A stretch of 64,000 nucleotides of DNA from assembly GCF_902713615.1 (NCBI RefSeq), contig NC_052148.1, positions 106,199,098-106,263,097 on the forward strand. The letters are read 5' to 3'. A program made the position numbers and the translations under genes. How positions within the stretch are numbered: position 1 is the stretch's first letter; each line of letters begins with the position of its first letter. This document shows, in pieces, positions 1 through 10,900 of this stretch. The DNA is from Scyliorhinus canicula. Its lineage: Eukaryota. The notes under the pieces are model-generated. The model was not told the origin of the DNA and searched no databases. It saw only the letters and a list, made by a program, of their open reading frames with translations.

Positions 1-469
1 TATCAGAGGAGTTCTGCACCACACACCCCACCCCGAGATCATTGTGTGACTTAAATGGCAAATTAAGGGCTTCTTCTGGCTATTTAAATCAGTGGTTGGG
101 GGCTCTCCATTCTGTGGGGAAATTGCCCAGGATTACCTGGTATCTCCCAGCAAGGAAGCCACGTTGTTGGGCAGTCTGGTTTCTGGACGGGCTCCCTGAC
201 GCCAACAGCAATGCTCGTCAACTGCCACACTGTTCCCTGCCATAACCCCTCCCCGCCACACCCTCCCTGCCCCTCTGTAAACTCCCTCTCCCTGCCACAC
301 CCTACTGTCAACCCCCCATCTCTATGCCACCTCCCCTGCCAACACCCCCACTATCAAACCCCTCTCCCTCCACCAACCATCCTTCCCTTCCCCCAACCTT
401 CCACACCCCACCCCGGCCTCTGATTGGGCCAGCACTTCTTTCATTACAACTACAAAAACATCAAGGTGT

Positions 470-705
470 AACAGGTTTTAAGCAAGCATAGTGGAAGGAG
501 GAAGACAAAAGTGAAGGTGTGTTATGGGATGAAAGATGAGAGAAATTAAATGACATAAAGGGATGTAACAGGTCAAGTTAGACTTTTATTTCTTAAGGGA
601 GATTTAGATGAGAAAACAGAATCGTTACCAACAGCAGCAGATTCTGATTTGAAATTGTTGAACTCGGTATTGAGTCTGCTAGGCTGCCAAGTGTCTCCCA
701 AAAAC
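470..705 (-). mobile_element. Penelope-like element relic (GIY-YIG C-terminus)
   Basis: Minus strand encodes ...WQPSRLNTEFNNF, homologous to [13 protein letters not shown] at 19384-19602. Confidence 0.55.
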
Positions 706-767
706 ACTTCCTATCTTCTTGACTGTTTACCATTTTGCTGATTTCACACCATCTGCAGACTTTCCAA

Positions 768-981
768 TGATGGCCCGTATACCCAATTCCAGGCTATTGA
801 TGCCCTGTATACCCAATTCCAGGCTATTGATGCCCTGTGTACCCAATTCCAGGCTATTGATGCCCTGTATACCCAATTCCAGGCTATTGATGCCCTGTAT
901 ACCCAATTCCAGGCTATTGATGCCCTGTATACCCAATTCTAGGCTATTGATGCCCTGTATACCCAATTCCAGGCTATTGAT
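768..981. repeat. 30-bp tandem repeat (VNTR), about 7 copies of TGCCCTGTATACCCAATTCCAGGCTATTGA
   Basis: Core recurs at 781, 811, 841, 871, 901, 931 and 961 with few substitutions and no spacers. Confidence 0.97.
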
Positions 982-1012
982 TCAAATCAAAACAAAACTG
1001 TCGCCTCAATGC

Positions 1013-1030
1013 TGACCCTTGCACAGTTCA
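1013..1030. promoter_or_regulatory. ER6 everted-repeat nuclear receptor element TGACCC-ttgcac-AGTTCA
   Basis: Two perfect RGKTCA half-sites, everted, 6-nt spacer. Confidence 0.45.
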
Positions 1031-1112
1031 CTCTCGTCTGTAAAACAGCCTTTCACCTGATGCTCTGTTTTTTTTGTCCTTCAGATATTTTCATGTGAAG
1101 TCCAAATACAGG

Positions 1113-1129
1113 TGAACTCTGGGTGAACT
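1113..1129 (-). promoter_or_regulatory. DR5 nuclear receptor element (RARE-type) AGTTCA-cccag-AGTTCA
   Basis: Plus strand reads TGAACTctgggTGAACT: two perfect RGKTCA half-sites, 5-nt spacer, about 620 nt upstream of the ATG. Confidence 0.6.
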
Positions 1130-1141
1130 CCTCAGCTGAGT

Positions 1142-1448
1142 GGGCAGCATGGTAGCACAGTGGTTAGCACTGTTGCCTCACAGCGCCAGGATCCCAGGTT
1201 CGATTCCTGGCTTGGGTCACTGCTGTGAGGAGTCTGCACGTTCTCCCTGTATCTGTGTGGGTTGCCCCTGGGTGCTCCGGTTTCCTCCCACAAGTCCCGA
1301 AAGAGGTGCTGTTAGGTAATTTGGACATTCTGAATTTTCCCTCATTGTACCCAAACAGGCGCTGGAGTGTGGCGACTATGGGATTTTCACAGTAACTTTG
1401 TTGCAGCGTTAATGTTAGCCTACTTGTGACAATAAAGATTATTATTAT
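1142..1448 (+). mobile_element. tRNA-derived V-SINE (HE1-like), (ATT)n tail type
   Basis: A/B-box head, V-core gggtgctccggtttcctcccac, tail gacaataaagattattatt; flanked by TSD-like TGAGTGGG. Confidence 0.9.
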
Positions 1449-1489
1449 GAGTGGGAGGGCAGTTCCGATCAGCAGCATCACCTGACGAG

Positions 1490-1745
1490 GCAGTCACATG
1501 ATCATATTTCCAGTAAAATATTGAGACAGAGTTGGTGCACTCTGAACTGGAAAGATTGGTAAACGCTTTTGTGAGTTTAGGTTGGACCGTCCAACTTGGA
1601 CGGCAACAATGTCCTAATAATAACCAATAAGAATAACGGCAGGGGGGAGTTTGATATGAGAATAGCAGCCAGTGAGACTGCAGGCAGACGGTCGATGCAG
1701 TAGGAGCTGGAGTGTCTCCCCGGGAGACAGTGTGTGAGCGGCGGG
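1490..1745 (+). promoter_or_regulatory. Putative CYP4V proximal promoter / 5' UTR (M-box, DR1-like site, CCAAT boxes, CpG-rich)
   Basis: TCACATGA 1494-1501; TGCACTcTGAACT 1536-1548; ATTGG near 1555 and CCAAT near 1624; CpG density rises toward exon 1; no clear TATA. Confidence 0.45.
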
Positions 1746-1926
1746 ATGGAAGCGCTGCCTGCTGGCGCTGTGCTCGGTGCTGCCGTCCTCACTCTCCTGG
1801 CTGCGCTCGCCTTCCACTTATTCGGCGACTACGTGCGCAAGTGGAACGCCATGAAGCGGATCCCCGGGCTCAGTCCCACCTACCCGATCGTGGGGAACGC
1901 GCTTCTCTTCAAGACCAGCGGAGAAG
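1746..1926 (+). CDS. CYP4V2: CYP4V exon 1 ([60 protein letters not shown])
   Basis: Signal anchor plus Pro-rich hinge (YPIVGNAL); good Kozak context gggATGg; donor G|gtagc; CpG-rich. Confidence 0.92.
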
Positions 1927-4900
1927 GTAGCTACCCAGGGTGACAGAGCTGCCCAGTGTCAAGCGCTAAACCTTGTTAACCGAGTGCCTATTTAGTTTGA
2001 ACAAAATCGGACTTGCTTTCATGCCACAGAGAGAGCGCTCATGTCCCAGATAGTTCACAATTTACTGAATCCAGCAAGATAACTTGTTCAATGTTGAAAA
2101 TCAATCTTAAATGTCAGAGTGAGTAACTGCACCCAGTATTCCAACATGGAAACAAGACGAGGTTTATGGTACTTCCTGTAATTTTTAAGTTGAAATGTTT
2201 TGCCACTTTCTTTTTCAAATTTAAAGAATATTAGTTTTTTTCTAAAGGTATATTTTAAAGAGTCACGATTAAATTATGATCTGTGTAATCAGCGCCGGCT
2301 CTAGGGTTGCTGGCGCCCCGGGCAAGCTGAACTTCGGCGCCCTTGGGGGAGGGGGGGCGGACACGTGGGGGGGCGGACGCGGGGGGGCGGACCTGAAATG
2401 GGGGCGGACCCGAGGGCGGGGCGGGGCGGGGCGGGGGGGCGGACCCGAGGGCGGGGCGGGGCGGGGGGCGGACCCGAGAGGGGAGCGGACGCGGGGGGCG
2501 GACCCGAGGGCGGGGCGGGGCGGGGGGGCGGACCCCAGGGCGGGGTGGGGGGGCGGACACGCCGGGGGGGCGGACCCGAGGGCGGGGCGGGGGGGCGGAC
2601 CCGAGGGCGGGACGGGGGGGCGGACCCGAGGGCGGGGCGGACACGCGGGGGGCGGACCCGAGGGCGGGGCGGGGGGGCGGACCCGAGGGGAGGCGGGGGG
2701 ACTGAGCGGGGGGGCGGACCGAGCCGGGGGGCCGCCCTGGGGGCGGGCGGCCACCGCGCATGCGCTGGTTGGCACCGGCGCAACTGCGCATGCGCGGGTC
2801 CCGAGTCTCTGGCGCCCCCGAGCACATGGCGCCCCGGGCGACGGCCCGAGTTGCCGGTGCCTTGAGCCGGTCCTGTGTGTAATTCACGTTCTGCATTTAT
2901 GTAAGCAGGATTGTAACAAGCACAGATCAGTGATCAAGAACCTCAAGAGCATCAAGAACCTGTGATTTAAGAAATAGTTTGTAGTTCATAGAATAACAAT
3001 TGGTTAAATATATTTTTATTTGTTTATAAACATATATTTAGGCTTATGCTGACAAGTGGCATGTAGCATTTTGCCTCACAAGTGTCAGGCAATAACCATC
3101 TCCAACATGAAAATCTAACCATTGTGCATTGATATTCATTCAATGACATCAACATCGCTGAATCCCCCACTGTCAACATCCTGAGGGTTACCATTGACCG
3201 GGCACTTACACTGGACTGGCCATATAAATACAGTGATGGGCTCCCCCATCCACAAGTATTTACTCCCTCCATCACCGGCGAACAGTGGCAGCCGTGTGTA
3301 CCGTCTACAAGATGCATTGCAGTACTTCACCAAGTTTCCTCAGACAACATCTTCCAAACCCACAGCCACTCCCATCTAGAAGGACAAGAGCAGCAGGCAC
3401 TCGAGAACCCCACCACCTGTAAGTTCCCCTCCAAGTGAATCAGTATCTTGACTTGGAAATATATTGCCATTCCTTCACTGTCGCTGGGTCAAAATACATC
3501 AACTCCCTCCCTAACAGCACTGTGAGTGTACCTACATCTACTGGACTGCAGCGGTTCAAGAAGGCAATGCACCACCACTTTCTCAAAGGCAATTAGAGAT
3601 AAGCACATCCCATGAATGAATTTTTAAAAAATCAATTAAAAAAATATGCCTTTGAAGTGTCATTTGTACTGTACAATTTGATTTTCTTTTTAGGGATCTT
3701 AATCTTTTAAATACTATTGAAGAGAATGAAATTCTTGGAGTGGTCATAAAAACTACAGACTTATTAAATCATGTAAATGAGAATCTGGTTTCTAATTCAG
3801 TATCCTAAAGTTATTCCTGCATATATTGTATACATTAGTGTATTCTCTAAGTTATGTGATTAACAATTATTTTTGGGTTCTTTAGATTTTTTCCTTCAAC
3901 TGATTGAATTTACCACCGAGTGCCGAGATGAACCATTGATGAAACTGTGGATTGGACCACTCCCCTTTATTGTGTTGTTTCATGCAGAGACTGTGGAGGT
4001 AAGTTCCAGACAAATGGTCTTTGAGTCTGTGGTTGATTTACAAAAAGATATATTCTGATTCATTGATGTGATATGTCACTACCAAAGCCTAAGTGCCCTT
4101 GAGAAGGTGATGGTGAAGCACTTTTGTGAATGGCTGCAGCCTATGTGGTGAAGGTATTCCCACAGTGCTGCTAGGGAAGGAGTTCCAGCACTTTGACCCA
4201 GCAATTGTGGAGTGGTGGTATATTTCCAAGCCAGGAACTTTGAGGTGATGGGGATGGTGTTCTCATGCCTCTATTGCCCTGTCTTTCCAGTTGATAAGCT
4301 GTAATTTGGAGTTGCTGCAATACATCTTGTAGGCAGAATACATTGCAGCCACAGTGAGAGATGGGGTGCCAGTAAAACAAGCTTCCTTATCTTGGATGGT
4401 ATTGAGATTTTTGAGTACTGTCGGAGCTGCATCCACTGAGGAATGTTCAGGATATCCCATCACACTAACTTGTGCCTTGTGGGAGGGTTATGGTGGCATA
4501 GTGCTTATTTACAGCCTGCTTCATGAATTTTGGAGATCTCAAATCCCACCAATTTATATTCTGTTAATTAATTAAATCTAGAATTTTCTTCATGATTCAT
4601 ATTGACTTCAATTTTACGAGGTCTCCTGAGGGTGCTTTAAGGTCACACCTTCTGGAATTCAACTTTTTTGTCCATATTTGGACCAAGGCGAGAAAGAGGC
4701 CAGAGCAGAGTGGTTCTGTTGGAACCTAAACTGAGCATCAGTGAGCAGATTATTGGTGAGTAAGTGCTGCTTGGTGGCACTGTCGATGTCAGATTCCATC
4801 GCTTGGCTGCTGTTTGGGTGGTGATGTTCCAGATTTAATTTTCATGATGAAGAACATGGTCCATTAAGCCTCTATGGTTCCTTTGGCAAAATACCCAATT

Positions 4901-7900
4901 AATTCCAGTCCACCACACAGCCTTATAATTTTTTTTGTATTTGTCTCCTCCTCGGTTGAATTGGTTTTTCAGGCAGTATGTTCCAGATCACACCTTGCTT
5001 CTTTTGCTGTTTACATTGATCTGTCTCTTCTGGTTAGTGTCACCTCTGCAACTGGAAACATTTGCAACTTATTTACCTTATGGACGCCACGGTAACACAG
5101 TGGTTAGCACTGTTGCTTCACAGCGCCAGGGTCCCAGGATTGATTCTCACTTGGGTCACTGTCTGTGCGGAGTCAGCATGCTCTCTCCGTGTCTGAGTGG
5201 GTTTCCTCCGGGTGCTCCGGTTTCCTCCCACAAGTCCCGAAAGACGTGCTTGTTCAGTGAATTGGACATTCTGAATTCTCCATCTGTGTACCCGAACAGG
5301 CGCTGGAATGTGGCGACGAGGGGATTTTTGCAGTAACTTCATTGCAGTGCTAATGTAAGCCCACCTGTGACAATAATAAAGATTATTATTCTAAAGATTA
5401 AAATCCATGGCTGCCACATGTTTTGCTCGAAGAAGAGTGACTGACTGGGCATGAAATACTTAATTGCATAATTTTCTACTTTGGTGGCTTCCAGTGTTGC
5501 AGCTGTACTGGAACAACCTGGCCTGGCCATGATTAGATCTGGAGAATAAGTCTTCAACAATATAGCACTGTGATTGAGGCCCATTGCTTTAGCTGTTTTT
5601 TTGATATTATGTGGCGTGAATTGAATTGGCCTGTGTGGTGCTGGGAGGGGGCCGAGATGGATCTACTATTTAGCATATCTGGCTGATAGTTATAAAAGGC
5701 TCAACTTTGTCTTTTATACTTACATTGGGCCTCATTGAGGATGGGGATGTTCATGGAGCCTCCTCTCCCATTAGTTGTCTCATTGTCCACCATCATTCTT
5801 GACTGGATGTGGAAGGACTGCAGAGCTTTCATCTAATCTGGTATTCGAGGCAAGGTACTAACATGGATTGACGATTGGCTGTCAGACAGAAGGCAGAGAG
5901 TTGGGAAAAAAGGTTCTTTTTCGGAATGGCAACCGGTGACAAGTGGTGTCCCGCAGGGTTCAGTGTTGGGGCCACAGCTGTTTTCTTTATATATTAACGA
6001 TCTAGATGACGGGACTGGGGGCATTCTGGCCAAGTTTGCCGATGATACAAAGATAGGTGGAGGGGCAGGTAGTATTGAGGAGGTGGGGAGGCTGCAGAAA
6101 GATTTAGACAGTTTAGGAGAATGGTCCAAGAAGTGGCTGATGAAATTCAACGTGGGCAAGTGCGAGGTCTTGCACTTTGGAAAAAAGAATAGAGGCATGG
6201 ACTATTTTCTAAACGGTGACAAAATTCATAATGCTAAAGTGCAAAGGGACTTGGGAGTCATAGTCCAGGATTCTCTAAAGGTAAACTTGCAGGTTGAGTC
6301 CGTAATTAAGAAAGCAAATGTAATGTTGTCATTTATCTCAAGAGGCTTGGAATATAAAAGCAGGGATGTACTTCTGAGGCTTTATAAAGCACTAGTTAGG
6401 CCCCATTTAGAATACTGTGAGCAATTTTGGGCCCCACACCTCAGGAAGGACATACTGGCACTGGAGCGGGTCCAGCGGAGATTCACACGGATGATCCCAG
6501 GAATGGTAGGCCTAACATACGATGAACGTCTGAGGATCGTGGGATTATATTCATTGGAGTTTAGGAGGTTGAGGGGAGATCTAATAGAAACTTACAAGAT
6601 AATGAATGGCTTGGATAGGATGGACGTAGGGAAGTTGTTTCCATTAGCAGGGGAGACTAGGACGCGGGGGCACAGCCTTAGAATAAAAGGGAGTCATTTT
6701 AGAACAGAGATGAGGAGAAATTTCTTCAGCCAGAGAGTGGTAGGTCTGTGGAATTCATTGCCACAGAGGGCGGTGGAGGCCGGGACATTGAGTGTCTTTA
6801 AGACAGAAATTGATAAATTCTTGATTTCTCGAGGAATTAAGGGCTATGGGGAGAGAGCGGGTAAATGGAGTTGAAATCAACCATGATTGAATGGTGGAGT
6901 GGACTCGATGGGCCGAATGGCCTTACTTCCGCTCCTATGTCTTATGGTCTTATGGTCTAATCTGTCAGTTGTAGGATTACAGAGCTCTGCATGTTGCTAG
7001 ATATGTTTGAGGAATTACCCCCTCGGCCCACCGTGAGGTCCATCACGTCAGGGCCACACTGGTAAATCCCAGTAGTGATCCCCGCCTACATGATTCCCAG
7101 CCAGAGGACCAGAGAATCACACGGGCCCGGAGACTTGGTGCCCGGCCTGCTTAGTGGATGCAAATAGGTCATTAGCACCCATTTGCATCCTCCCGCCAGC
7201 ATGTGGGCATGAGCCCCGATCCCGCCACCAGCGGTGGGAGGTGAGGGCCGGAGCATCGCAAACGAATCAGCGCCCCCGGGTGCCCGGCACCAATCCTGCT
7301 TTCCTCCGGATGCCCCATTCTCCTCTGCATCAGGACCCCCTCTGCCAGCATCGCGAGGTGGAGAACGCACACTAGTGTTTTTGGTTCTTCTATTTTGAAC
7401 TGCTAGAATAGAACATGGCGGTAGTTTATGATTTGTTACAAGTACATAAACATTAATTGTGATTCTATTAAAAATGCAGGCTATGATGCATCTAACAATG
7501 TATCGTCTTGTAATCCTATAGGTGATATTGAGCAGTTCCAAGCAGCTTGATAAATCCTATGCATACAAGTTTCTTCACCCCTGGCTTGGTACAGGACTGT
7601 TGACCAGGTATGATTATTACATCTACATATATCTGATAGAGCCTTTGCGATGGTCAGATCATGTAATGGTTATCTGAAAGTAAGTTTCTGCAAAGCTCTC
7701 TTGGTAATACAGAGCTGTCATTTTCCATAGGACTGTAGTAATAGTGCAAGATATTTTGAAAGTATGTTTAGATTGCCTTTGTTTGGTCATGTGAGTATAT
7801 TGTAAACATTCCATTCCCTCCCTCCTCTGCTTCAGTTCTGCTGTGGCTCTTCCTTTTGCTGGAAAGATGTCAGGCAGGAGTCTAATTGTTATTTCAGTGG

Positions 7901-10900
7901 TATTCACTTCAACCAGGGCATGCTCAAAAATGTCACCGAGTTACAGAACAGTTTCCCCTAGCTTCCTCTGTTGTCAGGTATCACCTGAGCTTTGTTCACC
8001 TCACTCTGGTATTACCTTTATGAGGTGAGGAATAGTCAGTCAGTCAACCTGTCCTCATTGAGAAGGGTTATGTTACACCTGCTGTTGCTTTTACTACTCT
8101 GAGTGACAGGCATCTTTATTAAAAGCCATTAATTATGGTTGGAGCCCATTACATTTGGCCATATGCAGTCAAAGCTGGGTGTGAAGTGATATTTGACTAA
8201 ATATCATTGACATTTGGGATCTGACATTCAAGCTACCCATCTTCAATTTATTATGTTAACACCACCAGGGAAATAGACGCATCAATGTCAATGAACATTT
8301 GGATTAGGTTATTGCAATACATACTAAATAATTCAAAGATTTGATGATTCCTTTTAACTAGACTCCTTAAAACAAACATTTATTTAACAAGTGTCTTACT
8401 GAATTTGTGGCTTTAGCTACACTAACTCTTTAACTGGCACATACACAAAGCCAGGAGACATATACTCTGACACGTGAAAGAATTGTGCTCCTATCCAGAA
8501 GTATATTATGTTCCTCTTCATCTTTTTGGCGGAACACGGGACATGGAATGTGACAATTTGAGATGGAATTTTCTGAAGTACAGTGGAGCTGAATTTATTG
8601 GCTACAATGAAACAGTTGAGTTATGTGTTTGTGAATTTGAATCTGTTAGATCTCATAAATGTTGAGAGAATGCATAACTGGCCTTTCAGTATGATTCCTT
8701 GTGTTATCACTAGGCTCAATTATGGAGCCATTAGAATTCAGCAACCTACCTTCTCAAAATAACTCGGTATCCAATCGGGGAGTCAGCTTGACTTGTGAAA
8801 CAGGTGCTCGAAGCTCAGTTGTCTTCCTCATCTCTGCTGACTTTCACTTCCATTGACGTCAGTGACAATCAGAAGAAATGTATAATGGCCAACTAAATTA
8901 TTATCACCTTGTTCACACTGTTCCCGATATGTTTTGCTATGAAATAAAAGTAATTCGGACACGGGATTAATTATTAGAACTTCTCTCCAAGCATCAGTGC
9001 AGTTCCGTGATCAAGGAACTAAGGGCGGGAGTATCCGAACCCACACCGGGTCGGAGAATCGCCAGGGTGGGTGGAGGTGTTTGAATCCCGCCATGCTGCT
9101 CCGACGCCGGGATGCCGTTGAAAGCGCCCCCCCGCGGCGATTCTTCGCGCTCGACTGGCTGACTGCCTACCGAGTTCAGCCGAGTCCCACTGGGGTCGTT
9201 CACGTATGATCCTGGTGGGGAGGCCTCCACGGTAGCCAGGCCCGCGTTTGGGGGCTATCAATCGGCGGGCACGCTCATTCCGGGGGGGGGGGGAGCTATG
9301 TTCCTCTACGCTGGCCCCTGTAGGGCTCCGCCATGTTGCCCGGGGGCCAGCGTGGAGACGGCCGTGGCGCGCATGCACGGACCCGCGCCGGCCCTGTAGG
9401 ACTGGCTTTCGGCGCCAGAGCAGTGCACAGCACTCCGGCGCGGTTCTAGTCACTGAGGATGGGGAGAATGACTGGGCCTGAAGGCCCGTTGACGCCAGTG
9501 TCGCTCGTGCCGGTTTGGACGCCGGCGTCAACACTTGGCTGGGATTTCGGAGAATCCCGGCCCAAATGTTTATTTTTGTGTTAAAAATACTGTTCACTCA
9601 AAACATTGCGAAGATACGGACTGGAATTGATGGGTGTTCACAGCACTTGGCTTCTCGGGTCCCACCGCTAGCGCATCCCCACCGCGGTTTTCCCAGCAGC
9701 GTGGGGTGGCGTCAGTGGAGATTTCCATTGACAGTGGCAGGACAAGATGATCACGCTGCCAGAGAACGGCACGCCGCCTCCCACCCCTGAGAAATCTGCG
9801 GCGGGAAGGCCGGAGAATCGTGCTCACAGTTAATCATGTCAGCAAAACTGCACTTTGTTCAGTTCTTTTAGATTACATTAAGTGAGTTAATTGCTGTGCT
9901 GTACAATTGGGAAATAAATTGGGCTGAAAGTTCAGCTATTTTGGCAGGTTACCCTATTAGTGAACGCAATGAAAGGTAATAGCGCGCATTTCTCTCTGAT
10001 ATTAACTATACTGAGCTGGCAGTGGGATCTTCCATCCCGCTGATGGGGCACCTCCCCCCCCCCCCCGCGGGTTTCCCAGCGGTGTGGAGTGGATTCAGTG
10101 GGAAGTTCCATGACAGTGGCAGGATCTTCAGATCAAACCACCGGCCAATGGCAGGAACCCTCCTGCCAGCGAGAAATACCTGTCTTGTCCATATGAAGGT
10201 CTTTTACCCTGTAATGTGTGTATTTTTTGTCTCTATGAGGTGAACATATGGGGCTGGATTCTTCCAGCCCTGGGCCAGGCCGGAGAATCCCCGCGACTGG
10301 GCCACGCTGCCCCACGCGATTCTCGTCTCATTGTTTATCCCTACTGATTGTGGTCTATGGGCCAGCAAATCTGGGATCCAGTTGCAGAGGGAGGAGCCAA
10401 GTCCTAGGTTTTGGAGTTTTGAGTTGAGCTTGGGGGATTATGGTATTGAAGATGGAGCTATAGTAAATGAATATGAGTCTGACGTAGGAGTCTTTTTTGT
10501 TGAGATGCTCTGGACATGGGTGTAGGGGTAGGGCCAGAGAGATAGAGTCTGCTGTGGACCGGTTGCGGCAGTATGCGAATTGCAGTGGATCAAGGCATTC
10601 TAGGAGTATGGAGTTGATGCATCTCATGACTAACCTCTCGAAGCACTTCATAATGATAGATGTCAAGGCCATTGGAGGTAGTCATTGAGGCACGTTGTCT
10701 GGTTCTTCTTTAGCACCGGTATGATAGTGGTCTTCTTGAAGCAGATGGGAACCTCGGACCGGAGCAGGAAGAGGTTGAAGCTGTCTGCGAACACACCTGC
10801 CAGCTTGTCAGCGCAGGGATTCCGGCTTTCTATGGGTTCACTTTCAAGAGTGTTGATCTGACTTCTGAGACTGTGATGGTAGGTAGGTATAGGTGTGTCC

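Noticed and set aside
768-981. CRISPR-like 30-bp periodicity and repeat ORFs (719-1015, 727-966)
   Set aside because: Head-to-tail repeats with no unique spacers, no cas genes and a vertebrate context; the ORFs are repeat artefacts.
1142-1215. tRNA-like sequences at SINE heads
   Set aside because: They continue into V-SINE cores and tails, so they are not tRNA genes.
1734-1745. ORF-track start at GTG 1734
   Set aside because: In a eukaryotic gene the first in-frame ATG, at 1746 in good Kozak context, is the likely start.
2255-2965. Pro/Gly/Arg-rich ORFs of 166-229 aa in several frames
   Set aside because: Open frames result from the stop-poor GC repeat inside a TSD-flanked MITE.
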